From: Mobula hypostoma
Taxonomy: Eukaryota
Length of the DNA: 64,000 bases
Direction of reading: 5' to 3'
Assembly: GCF_963921235.1 (NCBI RefSeq)
Contig: NC_086118.1
Span: 24,120,001 to 24,184,000, forward strand
Made by a program: the position numbers and the translations under genes
Shown here: one piece after another, positions 37,331 to 49,853 of the stretch
Position numbering within the stretch: the first letter of the stretch is position 1
How the letters are laid out: the number at the start of each line of letters is the position of its first letter
Notes under the pieces: model-generated
What the model was told of the DNA's origin: nothing
Databases searched by the model: none
Seen by the model: the letters and a program-made list of their open reading frames with translations, nothing else

Positions 37331-40169
37331 CAGCCACTATTTTGGTCATTAAAAACAAGCCCATCAGCACCAAATACACAACTCTGTGTAGTTATAAGAT
37401 AAGATATAGGAGCAGAATTAGGCCATTGGCCCATCAAGTCTGCTCCACCAATTTTCTTCTCAGCCCAAATCTTCTGCCTTAAGCAGCAATATAAGGAGCA
37501 ACAACTCAGGGTTGTGCAGATCGCATTTCAGCATTTTATCATCCAAACAAGAGCCCAATGGGACTGAATTTGTGGCACATCACTTTAAGTCCTCCATTTT
37601 TGAACTATATGGTGGTAGCAAGGTACCCAGTCAGTTTGTATGATTGGATACAAAGCCAATGCCATATAGAAATGCAGTGGAAACTCTTTAATAAAATTTT
37701 AATCTGTCCTTTAAGTATTTTATTTGGTATCATTATTAAATAAAACATTTTCTATAAATTATGTGAATCAATGTGAATAAAATTAACTGTCACATTATAA
37801 TGATATTTGTATTTTTAACCAAAATAAAACTTATTTTTAATATTTTAAATAGCACAGTGGGAATAACATCACTAATTTCCGATAGGTGTTCTGATAAAGT
37901 TATAAAATATGTAAGATCAGCTGAAATTAATTACCCCATTAGACCTCTGACCTTGAACTATTGCTTTTATCTCCCACCACTTCATTAATATATTATCTGT
38001 ATTGTAAGTTTCAAAGAAAATATAAATCAAATATTACCACCAAAATTTCACTGCTATGGAGCATGGCATTGAACGAAATTGTGAGGGAGGGTCATGATTA
38101 TGAATGACATTTCTTTCCTCAGAGCATTTTCCCAGATTGTGACGATGGTAGAATATTATTTTATGAGCCTAATCAAGGAGACAAATAAATTAATTTTCTT
38201 AGCAGCTAAAAGAATTGTGATGTGATTAGTGTTTACTGGGACCCAATTGTTGCTGAAACAAAGACGGGAAATTTATCACTAGTATTTAATAGCTTGGAAA
38301 TAGAAAAAATGATCGTTATTTCATAGAATAGACAAATTCACTTTAGTTTTTTGGGTGACTTGATTGCAATTGGTGGTGTTTATGGAGTTTATTGAATAGA
38401 AGATCCTCTATTTCATTTGGAAAATCCTTGCCGTAAGATATTAATTAAAAAGTAATGCGGTATTTAAATTGTGTAGAACTCATCAAGAGGGTATGTGTGC
38501 TTGCTAGAAAATCTTTTTAAAATCAGAACAGTCAGGGGAACAACTCACCAAATCCACGTCAATGATTAATATTTTAACCCTTCTAACTTTCAGAACTGAA
38601 TTTGTTGGAAAAATGATTGATTGAAATGTTAACAGAAACCTTGCAAAAACAAATACACACCGGTCTGCAATACAACCAGGGTCTAAATAACATTTCAACT
38701 GCTCAAGATGAGCAGAGGTAACCAAAGGATGACAAATAAAGGAAAAGAGTTTAGGAATGAGTAATGGACCTATCCATCTGTTATTTTCCAAAGGTCAGCA
38801 ATTATCTACAATTACATTCCAGCAGTTTCTGGGGATGCAACTGGAAATACTGTATTCTTAGATATTTAAAAGAGTGATTTGCACACTGGTTTTAAAGGAA
38901 AATGTTATTTCCCTTGGGAAGGCTCATAAACTCACCTCTTATTGCAGCTTTCTCAGCTAACCCCTGTAATGGCTGTTACCTATCAATCTAAGTGGATTTA
39001 GAGCTAAGGAGAACCTATTTGTAGCTCTTCTTTGATAGACATATAAATAGAGATTTTGTTTAAAGAACAAAGTGGTTGTCTTCTGTCCCATAAAGTGGAA
39101 AATATATAAGGCATTCAGTGTCCCATGATAACTTTCTCATTAGCTGGTTTGTCATAGCAACACTATCTTTCTCATTTTGGTTCCAAGTAAAGTGTGAGTT
39201 GGGGAAAGATGTCGATATGTTAATGGGTTATAATCTTTAACAACTCATCACAGCTGAAAGTTTAACCTTTATAATGGTGTAGCGAACAGCATACAAACCT
39301 ACAGCAATTTTTCACACTTTGGGTAACAATTTGGAGCAAACAAAACAATGAACATACAATACGTAAATCAAATACTATCTTGTAAGAATTTTTCTTGTGC
39401 ATTTCTACCATCCTTTTTGAATATCTCTCAATCACAGGGTATGTGGTACAGGGCGTAGGGGTGAGGAGTTGTTGGAGTTTTAGACTAGTAGTTTTATTTT
39501 ATTACATGTGGGCCTTCTTTTCCTACAGATATAAACTATCCTTTATATATCTAAACAAAACTTGTAAATAACTTTAAAACATCTACAAGTTAGTTCAATA
39601 CACTGTACAATATGTTTCAATAAGTAATTTAAAATTCTTCATTAAATTAACATTTGTACAGAAAATAGTTTGATAAAATAATAAAAATACAAATTGGAAT
39701 TGTAGTTTTATATAATAACAGAAAAGTCACTGTGGCCCAACTCCAGCTTCATCCAAAACCCTGTTCTAGATATATCTAAGACTATATTTTCACAATCAGA
39801 AGTGGGTTTAGATAACTCTTCCTCAGCTGCTTGTGGATATGGGTGAGTGAATGGGCTTTGGGTAAAACAATGAGTCATTTTGAGTAAATACATCTGTGAG
39901 TTTCAGAATTCATTCTTTTGTTTTCATTCAGTGTTTTCATTCACTGGTGGAGCAGCATTTTAAATTGCCCATGAGAAGATGACAATGAGGTGTATTCCTG
40001 AACTGCTGTTTCTTTCTGGTTATATTGCCTCCACTCCGCTATTGTGTAGGGAATTTGACGTATGACAATGATGAAATAGTGATTTTGTTTCCAACACAGG
40101 TAGGAGTAATTTGGTGGAAAACTTGAAAGTGATGGTACATATGAAAGCATGTTAGTGAAAAACACCCAG

Positions 40170-40540
40170 ATCAGTCTCCCAACACATCAAGATGTCCGTA
40201 GAAGACTGCCACATTCAAAGTTGCAGGAGTCTGAGCTGACGAACGGACTGAAGTTCAGAGCAGCCTATGCAAGGGCTCGTAGGGAAAGACCACAGTCTCA
40301 GGTTCTTCCACTACTGGACAAGGAGGCAAAGCTCATTAAACGCATTAGCATTAGATATCTTTTTAAATAAATTAGTCAGTATTAGCTTAGCCAGGGTGTC
40401 ACTTGAGTAGCAACAGTTCTATCAATTTTTAAAATGTAAGTTAATTCTTATTAATGTATTGTCCTCAAATGAAAAGGCTTTGTTGATTTATTCTTGCATA
40501 TTTTTATTATGAATAAAATTTATTTAGATATAAAATAAAT
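40170..40540 (+). mobile_element. Degenerate L1-Tx1-like 3' end
   Basis: Translates '...HSKLQESELTNGLKFRAAYARAR', which resembles recalled Tx1 ORF2 C-termini. Followed by AATAAA and an A-rich end. Confidence 0.5.
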
Positions 40541-40869
40541 GTGTTCCCTGTGGAAAAATTTAGGCTCATGTTATAGTTATTGGAGCTGCAAGTTGGAACA
40601 TTTTACAGAGGTCAATCACGTTATCAGTTCACTGGTACTCAGTGGATGTTCAAAGTGTTGACTGGTTTAGGACAAAGTGTTACAGGCCCAGCACCTCTTA
40701 CCAGGTGGATCCTGTGGCTCATACCTAGCCTGACAACTTATATATCCTGATTTTAGGTCCTTAATCCATACAGAACTGCTGCTAGTTTATAAAGACATTG
40801 GAAAATTGTATTGGTAAGAGGTTTCAATGTCTTAATCCTATTTCTGAAGAGTGTCAGTTGAGGAATAAG

Positions 40870-42300
40870 AAGAGTAGATCGTAGACCTGTCAAGATTGCT
40901 CTATAGTTCAGTAAGATCATGACAGGTCCAGCTCCTTATTCACTTTGTTACCAGTAATCTCCGATTCTCTTGGAAAATCTATTGGATTTCAGCCTTGAAC
41001 ATTGATCGGTAATGGTGTATATACAGCTCCTTGCGGTAAAGGAAATTCCTATGTTTTCAGTCCTAAATAGCTGAGATTTTTATCCTGAGACTATCTCCCA
41101 ATTCAAGACTCTCCAGCTAAGGTAAATAACCCCCCAGTCAGCCAGCTATTCCTATCATCTTGCACACCACTATGTAATTACCCTTCATTCTTGTAAGCAC
41201 CGGTGAGTAAATTTCATTCTTAGACAATCACTTGTTTATCCCAGGAACTGATATTGAAAACCTTCGCCATACTGACCCCAAAGCAAGTATCTCAACTTTT
41301 AGGTAAGGGGGTCTTAAGTATACAGAATCCTACAAGAATCCTACAAGAAGACAACACATATAAGTGCTGGACGAATTCACCAAGTCAGGCAGCAGTGATG
41401 GAGGGAAATGAACAGTTGATGTTTCAGGCCAAGACCCTTGATTAAGACTCAGAGTGAATCATAGAGTTGTAAAGCACAGGCAGGCCCTTCAGCCAAGCGC
41501 CTCTATATTGACTTTTTTGCCCATCTATACTCATCTCATTTGCCTACACTAGGTCTGCATCCTTGCATGCCCTGTCAATTTAAGGGTCTGCCTAAGTGTA
41601 ATGCCTGAAATCTGATTCCTCCACCTTCTCTGGCAATGAATTTCAGATATACTCTGAAATATATATTTCAAATACACTCTGTATATTAAAAAAATTCTCC
41701 CTTTAAACCTCTCGCTAGCATATAGCACATCATCTAATCCTGGGATTCCTCTTTCTGACCTTCTGCAGAACTTCATCTCTCTTTCCACAGCATGTTCCTC
41801 ACCATCTGACTGCTTTGCCTCCCCCAACAGAACGTTCTGCAGCCAACCTGAGATATCTGTGAGCCAGACGCCAACAGATCATTCTGGAGTCTCACACAAG
41901 GCACCAGAAGAATGGGTCTGTTCCCTTCACTAAGGAATTCCCTACTTCTGTTTCTCACCTAGACTCTTCCCTCCATCAGACCCAACCACAGTGCCAATGA
42001 CCCAGCTGTTACTGCCTCTTTCCTCTGTGAAGCCATTCCCACCCCACAATGGTATCCAGAACAATCCTTGCTGCCCTTCCTGGAGGCCACCTATCTGCTT
42101 TCTTTCTATACCTGTGCTATAACCAATCCAATAAACATACTCTCAGTGGCAATTTCTACATCCCGGATGCTCCATAGCCCGTTCAGCTACAGCTCCTAGC
42201 GCTGTATGTGATTGACAGGCGAGCAGTTGGACCCAATGCACGCAGGTGTAGTCTACAAACGCCTTTGCCATTTCAGAATGCGTTTATTACCTTCACATTC
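40870..42300 (-). mobile_element. Cluster of decayed CR1 fragments with a Penelope pLTR remnant (~41350-41450)
   Basis: CR1 3'-tail motifs ('atcatagagttgtaaagcacagg..ggcccttcagcc') and ORF1-like remnants. Confidence 0.55.
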
Positions 42301-44479
42301 CAATCTCCTTGCAAGATATGATTTCTCTTTCAAGTTACTCATGTACTGTATCTGAGTGTTTATTTTCTGTATATAAAGAACCAACATATGAAATATTTAT
42401 ATTTACCAGCATTCGGTAGTTTCTTACTACTTAAACAAGTATTCTATTTTTCTGTTCATCATACTGATGTGCATCACCTCGCAATTTTCAAATTTTTTTC
42501 CTTTTGCCTCCTGCCCTCTTACTCACCCAAAATTAGGGTTTTTTTACTGCCATGTTTTGGGTATTTAACTACAGTGCAATTCATAAAATGACTACAGTAC
42601 TATGCAAAAGTCTAGGCAACCTGGCTATATATACATGCCTAAGACTTTTACACAATAGTATAAATATATAAGAACCTCATTATGTTGGGTCCAAACATTT
42701 TTAATAACTTCAGCTTTTCAGATGTGAACCAAGTAAATACACAACTACCATACATTCCAGCAGCTTCTAATTCACACTCAAAGATCCATTCTGTGTCTAC
42801 TGCTGAGATGGCAGATGCAAGATAACCACTTAGCATCTCATTGTACCTATGAAAGCAATACTCATTTTTGCAACTCCCTTTTCACATCGATGTAGAAGCT
42901 CTTACATTTTTACAAATCTCATAAAAATTTGCTGTCTTCATTTACTTGATCAATTTCCCTTCATCTTGGAAAATTCTAATACACCTTTTTTGATCTAAAG
43001 ATAGCTTTAACTGCCTTGGATCCCCATTGGCGGATTGTTTGTGGATTTTTGATTCTCAGGGGAATGCATTACATGGGAATTTTGGAATTTTTTTAAAATC
43101 ACGTGTTATTGTTTATCAGCAAGCAAACAGTTTTCAATAATTTTACAATGTAGCACTTAACTACATAATAGACTTTATTTAAGACTTTAGATTCTGAATG
43201 ATCTGTGACTCTTTCAATCTGCATGGAAACTTCTATTAAAGTTTGTGGAATTGTGGATGTTTCATGACCAAAATGTCTGTGAAAGGATCAGAAATTAAAA
43301 TATAATGAGAAGACTTACTATATTATTAATTAACCTTGTCTCATTACACACGAGGTCTAATGTAGCCCATTCCAATTTTAAAATTAAAGTTATTATATGA
43401 ATTTATTTAAATTCTAGATTTTTAAAATGTCATGTAAATTGAACTGAGATGTAACAACACAATGTCTAACATATCTGTGATTTTTTTTAAACTTCCTACT
43501 TAGTGTCAGAAAAGTTATTTTATCTGCATGTGGCCTGCTGCAAGTGAATTAAGTTTTCTTTAAATGAATATAGGTCCAATTTCTAAAATTCTGTTAAGCT
43601 TATGAAACTTACACATTGATTAAGTGACTGGAAGTACTGAAGTATTAGAATGTTCTTGAAAAAATCTTACCCCACTTACTGATCAGGGGTATGCTAAACC
43701 TATCCTTTCACTGGAAATATTTTTTCATCTAAACCAATGAATAAAAATAAGGAATTCAAATATAAGCAGGATGTTTCATGACCAAAATATCTGTGAAAGG
43801 ATCAGAAATTGAAATATAATGAGATCATCTGGATCTAGGCTTGTGGAATTCTCCTTTGCTCTTTAGTACTGACGTGTAAATGCCACCGTGCCTTTAATCT
43901 GGACATCTGGAATAGGAGAACAACTTCTCACCTCACAATATCCAAAGTGTAGGTTTGACTCTCACACACAAATATATATTGTTTGTAACTCATGTAATTA
44001 GTTTTTAGTTGAACTCTCAATGGGGAGCTCACCATGAGTCATTTATTTTTGTTTCTCTTGGCAATGGTACTCTTTAGAAAGAACTGGGGTCTAGCAAGCG
44101 GCATCTGGCATTTAGCCAAGTTGTCCCTTCTTCAAGTATGATCCTCGGCTGTGGGAGGCATTGAGCAACCTATTGTGGAAGCATTGCAGCTAAGCGTGAT
44201 TCCGTACTTGCTGCCACCCAGAGTCCATTCACTTTCCTACATAATCCTCGGGGAAATCTGGCTGACATTTTCCACCTCAACCCAAGATAACTGAGGAATA
44301 TCTTAACAAAAGAGCAGCCACGCAACTAAATGAAAAGAAACTGTGAATCTAAATTGTAGTTTTAAAGTCTAAAGGGCTCAGATGAGGCTTTGGGGCAGCA
44401 AAAAAGTGATATTTGAAACAAGAGAACCTCTCTCTGCTACAGCAAAGGCAGCAACAACATTACCATGTATATTTATTGC

Positions 44480-44748
44480 TTATTTTTGAGAAATAGCACA
44501 GAATCAGGCCTTTCAGTCCTTCGAGCTCTGCTGTCCAGCAATTACTTGATTTAGCCCCAGACTAATCACAGGACAATTTACAATAACCAATTACCCTGCT
44601 AACCAGTGTGTCTTTGGACTGTGGGAGGAAACCAGAGCACCCGGAGGAAACCCACGCAGTCACTGGAAGAATGTCCTTGCAGGCAGTGGTGGAAATTGAA
44701 CCTGGGTCACCTGCACTGTAAAGCGTTGCGCTTACTACTACGCTACCA
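44480..44748 (-). mobile_element. V-domain SINE (HE1-like)
   Basis: 'gtctttggactgtgggaggaaaccagagcacccggaggaaacccacgcag' is the V-domain reverse complement, with a B-box-like head. Confidence 0.85.
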
Positions 44749-44779
44749 ATATAAAAGATCATTCTGAGGCATTTCAGAA

Positions 44780-45420
44780 TTTAGATTATTTAGATTTAGA
44801 TTTAGATTATGAGGACACGCTGTCCTCTTTTATTGTCATTTAGTAATGCATGCATTAAGAAATGATACAATATTCCTCCAGTGTGATATCACAGAAACAC
44901 AGGACAGACCAAGATGAAAAAACTAACAAAAGCCACATAATTGTAACGTATAGTTACAACAGTGCAACAATACCATAACTTGATGAAGAACAGTCCATGG
45001 CACAGTAAAAAAGTTCAAAATCTCTCGAATGTCCCACATTTCACGCAGAGGAGAGAAGGAAGAAAACTCTCCCTGCCATGCCCGACCACAGTCCGACTCT
45101 GAGTCGTCTGAAAACGTCAAGCTCTGATCAGCCCTCCGACACCGAGTACCGAGCACCATCTCTGCCGAACGCTTCGACCCCAGCCTCGGTTGCCAGCAGC
45201 AGGCAAAGCTGGGGATTTTGGGGCCTTCCCTCCGGAGATTCTCGATCGCACAGTAGCAGCGGCAGTGAACCGGACATTTCAGAAATTTCTCCAGATGTTC
45301 CTCTGCTTCTCACGTCTGTCTCCATCGAATCAGAATTGTGCACGGCATCCTACTTACAAATACGATATCATTTCACCGGAGAGCTGCACACGCTGCGTCG
45401 CGTCGCCATCTTCTCCTCCT
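44780..45420 (-). mobile_element. CpG-rich non-autonomous LINE-derived element
   Basis: On the minus strand: 5' end GGAGGAGAAGATGGCG, AATAAA and a (TCTAAA)n tail. No coherent ORF. Confidence 0.6.
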
Positions 45421-46405
45421 GCAATGATGATGGAATGATGGAACAATCCCTAATCTTCAATTATTGGATTGTAGTTTTTCTCACCATGAAAGTCATGCCA
45501 GTAATTGGGGGATGACTTATCTTTAGAGTTAATAGTAATCCAATTTCTGAACTAGAATAAAGCATTTATCTGTTTTCAGTTAACCCAGAACAAAAGAGAA
45601 TTTACATGGTTCAACTACTTTTGATTCATTTTAACTTTAGAGATAATGAATTGAACAAGAAAATGAATAAGTATCCTTCACATATAGCTGTCTATATCCA
45701 TCAGTAGTTTTCCATTATTATATAGAGTTACGGACATCTGGTTGCCACATCCACCTACATTTTATTTTGTCTGTAGATTGGTTTTGGGGAGGGAGAGCTG
45801 TTGCAGAAAACGACCTTGGGACAGTAGTATGGCTCTCAAACTACATAGACCATTCCTAGGTTATTTTGTAATTTTGTCAAAGAATTCTACAACACACAAA
45901 CTGGTGACTTGGCTACATACATCAAAGTTGCTGGTGAACGCAGCAGGCCAAGCAGCATCTATAGGAAGAGGCGCAGTCGACGTTCCCTTTGTTCTCTCCA
46001 CTCCTTCCATAATTTTATGTAGCTCAATTGCACCTTCCCTCAGTCTCATTTATTGTTAAGAAACAATTCCAACCTGGGCAGTCTCTCCCAATAGTGATAA
46101 CTCTCCAGCCACAGCCACATCCTTATAAATCTTCTCTGTTCTCTCTCTGCTATAATGTTCCATAACAGTAAGAGCCTTGACAATGGGCTGGCCTGAGCAT
46201 GAAGCCTCATGACCATTCTGTCAGCAAAGCTGGCCGTCAACACCTAGACAAATCAATGGAGCAACTTGAAGAGGAAGTCAATCACTGAACTTAAGCCTGT
46301 TGTGTTAAAATACAGAAAGGCAGAAAACTCGGCCCAGTCTGACAAAGGAAATGCTACGGTTTAGGGACAGGCAGCCAGTGATTTCAGAATGGGGGAAGAA
46401 CAGGG

Positions 46406-46700
46406 GTGCTGTGGTAACAGAGCAGTCAGTGTGACGCTATTACAGCTCAGGTGTTGGGAGTTCAGTGTTCAATCCTAGCGTCCTCTGTAAGGAGTGTGTA
46501 CGTCCTCCCCGTGGAAATGTATGTGTTTCCTCCAGATGTTCTGGTTTCCTCCCACAGTCCAAAAACGTATGAGTTAGTGGGTTAATTGGTCACTGTAAAT
46601 TGTCCCGTGATTAGACTAGGGTTAAATCGGTGGGTTGCTGGCAGCATGGCTGAAAGGGCCAGAAAGGCCTACTCCATACTATATCTCTAAATAAATAAAT
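46406..46700 (+). mobile_element. V-domain SINE with CR1-like tail
   Basis: B-box GTTCAATCC, V core 'ggtttcctcccacagtccaaa' and a (TAAA)n end. Confidence 0.85.
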
Positions 46701-47475
46701 AGATCTGCCCTCTTGTACCTCTTGGTCAAAATGTCTGTACTACTCAAAGATGACTACTGAGAGTTTTCAGGCAGGTCTGTAATAGCCCTTAACAACATGA
46801 TGTGGCCATAAGCAAAACGCCAGTGTAGAATCGTTTCAAATTTCCATTTGGAAAAGAAATCATTTCCACTTTTATTTTACATCTTTCTTTTTACTTTTAA
46901 ATAAACCTTTCAACTTTAAGGGATCAATGTGTATGCTACAAGCAACATGATGAATTGAAGTATTCCTGAAATCGCTCTGCTTTAAGACTCTGGATCTTGA
47001 TTTTACTGTATCACGGTGACAGAATCCGAAAGCTGCAAACCCCAGCAACACTAGCAATTTCTGTTCCTATGGAGCTTTAAACGTGCACAACTTGTCAGAG
47101 GTGAAGTAGACATATTTAGAGGGGAAGCTTTTCTAGTCTTTCTGCTCAACAAGAGATGCTGAAAGAACATTCAATTCTTCCGTAAAACATCCTTCATTTC
47201 CCCTGGATCCTACCTTTCCAAAGGCAGCAAGCTCCTGTAAACCAGACTAAGTGGAAACAAATAAACGATGAGACAATCTGCTTCAATCAAGTATTCAAAT
47301 TAATGTTCTATCCCTTGAAGGCCATTTGTTTGCTACTCCCATCATTCATCTGTTAAAACAAGAAATAGACATGTCTGAGGTATTTCTTTTTACATTTTAC
47401 ACCTCTATTGTCATAATGTGTGTAATGTATGTAGGAGTAAAGCAATGTCCATATTTTATGCAGAGTAATAACATA

Positions 47476-47997
47476 TACTCAGTGGCCACTTTATTAGGTA
47501 CACCTGTACACCTGCTCGTTAATGCAAATATCTAATCGGTCAATCATGTGGCAGCAACTCAATGTATAAAAACGTGCAGAGATGGTCAAGAGGTTAAGTT
47601 GTTCCTCAGACGAAACATCAAAATGGGGAATAAATATGATCTAAGTGACCCTGATTGTTGGTGCCAGACAGGGTGGTTTGAGTATCTCAGAAACTGTTGA
47701 CCTCCTGGGATTTTCACACACAAATATCTAGAGTTTACACAGAATCATGCAAAAAAAAACCAAAACATCCAGTGAATGGTAGTTTGGTGGGTGAAAACTC
47801 CTTGTTAATGAGAGAGGTCAGAGGAGAATGCCAGTCTGGTTCAAGCTGACAGGAAGGTAGCAGTATCTCAAATAAAAACAACGATAGTGGGCAGAAGAGC
47901 ATCTCTGAATACACATCATATCAAACCTTGAAGTAGATGGGCTACATCAGCAGAAGATCATGAACACACACTCAGTGGCCACAATATTAGGTACCTG
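47476..47997 (+). mobile_element. Tc1/mariner remnant (left TIR plus decayed transposase N-terminus)
   Basis: Terminus 'ctcagtggccactttattaggtacacc'. Translation '..IVGARQGGLSISETVDLLGFSHTNISRVY..VNERGQRRM'. Confidence 0.78.
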
Positions 47998-48069
47998 AAT
48001 GTATGAGAGAATACCATATAGTTGACACAAAAACAGAAAATGCCGGAACCAAACCCTGCACAAAACACA

Positions 48070-49120
48070 TCTTTACCTCTCCTCCCCCATGCTTTCTACC
48101 AGGAACAGTCCCTCCATGATTGCCTTGTCCATTTGTCCCTCACTACCAATCTCCCTCCCTGCACCTATCCCTGCAAGCAAGAGAAATGCTAGATCTGCCC
48201 ATTCACCTCCTTCCTTATCTCCATTTAGGGCCCCAAACAGACTTTCCAAAGGAGGCAACACTTTACCTGTGAATCTGTTGGGGTAGCCTATTGTATCCAA
48301 TGCTCCCAATGTGGCCTCCTCTACACTGGTGAAACTCGATATAAATTGGGGGGGGGGGGGCACTTTGTTGACCACCTCTGCTCCATCTGCCAAAAGTGGA
48401 TTTTTCCAGTGGCCAGCCATTGTAATTCCTATCCCCATTACCCTTTCCGACATGTCAGTCCATGACCTCCCCTTCTGCCACCATGAAGCCACTCTCATGG
48501 TGGAGCAGCAATGCCTCATATTCTGTCAAAGTACCCTACAAACTGATGGCATGGACACCAATTTTGTTCAGGGATGATGTGTCTGTTCTGTTTTTGTTCA
48601 TTTTTTTTTGTGGAGGGGGGATTTGAGGGTTGAGGATCATGCGGCCTTTCTTTACTTTCTTGGTTCATGACTACCTGGAAAACTGAAAAATTTCAGAATT
48701 GTATACTTCGATAATAAATGAACCTCTGAACCTTTGATTTCTCCTTCCAATAATTTTCTTTTTCTCTTTTTTTTCCTTTACTATTCCCCTTTCCCTATTC
48801 TTCTATTCCCCATTCTGGCCTCTTACATTTTTTCTTCACTGCCTATCACTTCCCTCTGGTGCCATTTCTCCTTCCCTTTCTCCCATAGCCACTCTCCTCT
48901 CCTATCAAATTCCTTCTTTTCTAGTCCATTACTTTTCCCACACACCTGGCATAACCTATCACCTTCTAGCTTGTCTTCCTTCCCCCCCTCCAATTTTTTT
49001 ATTCTGCTGTCTTCCCCCTTCCTTTTCAGTCCTGACGAAGGGTCTCGGTCCAATACATTAACTGCTTATTCATTTTCATAGATGATGCTTGACCTGCCGA
49101 ATTCCTCTTGTGTTTTGGTT
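48070..49120 (+). mobile_element. Older Penelope-like element fragment (GIY-YIG), interrupted at ~48560-48735
   Basis: Translation 'FTCESVGVAYCIQCSQCGLLYTGET' near 48262-48336. Decayed hammerhead 'cagtcctgacgaagggtctcggtccaatac' at ~49027. Confidence 0.82.
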
Positions 49121-49526
49121 AACCCTGGAAAACACAGCACGTCAAGCAGCATCTGCAGAAGCAAAATCAGTTAATATTTCAGATCGAGGACCCTATATCA
49201 GAAACCTCAAAGGCCAGCCCCACGTGCACCATCAAGTCTTTTCAAAATTTTAATTATATCTATCAGGTGATACTTCAAATTTCTGCTTTCTAAGAAGAAG
49301 ACCTCCAGCTTAGAGGTATAACTTTCTCATGTTGGTTCTCAAGTTCAAGTTCAAGTTTAATTGTCATTCAACCATACATATGCATGCAGCCAAACAAAAC
49401 AATGTTCCTCTCGGGCCAAGGCACAAAACACAGAACCAAAAGTCACACACAGCAATACAACATATTTACTTATGATAGCAGAAAAACATAGTTACTAAAA
49501 TATTAAAAAGAATAATATTAATAATA

Positions 49527-49853
49527 ATAGCATTCCTAACACACATAACACACAGAAATCAGTAAGTCAAAAACACCAGAAATATGATGAATTAAAAGAG
49601 GAAATTGAAAGACTATGGAACATGAACATGAACATTGTCCTGATAGTAATATCATCCCAAAGGCACTACACAATAACATTAAACAACCAGGGCTACACAG
49701 CAATATCTATGTAAATCTTCAAAAAGCCACAATACTGAACGCCACTAGAATAGTCCAAAAGTTCCTAGCAATTGTCAAATGAGTGTGCTTGGCTATGCCT
49801 GTACCTCAGCTTTTACCAGCTCGGCTGAGAAAAGATCAATAATGATAATAATA
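49527..49853 (+). mobile_element. Dong/R4-like non-LTR retrotransposon 3' end in a (TAA)n tract
   Basis: Translation IPNTHNTQKSVSQKHQKYDELKEEIERLW.. / IIPKALHNNIKQPGLHSNIYVNLQKATILNATRIVQKFL. TAA repeats on both flanks. Confidence 0.8.

Noticed and set aside
39708..39893. 61-aa minus-strand ORF
   Set aside because: No recognisable homology or splice support; consistent with a random ORF.
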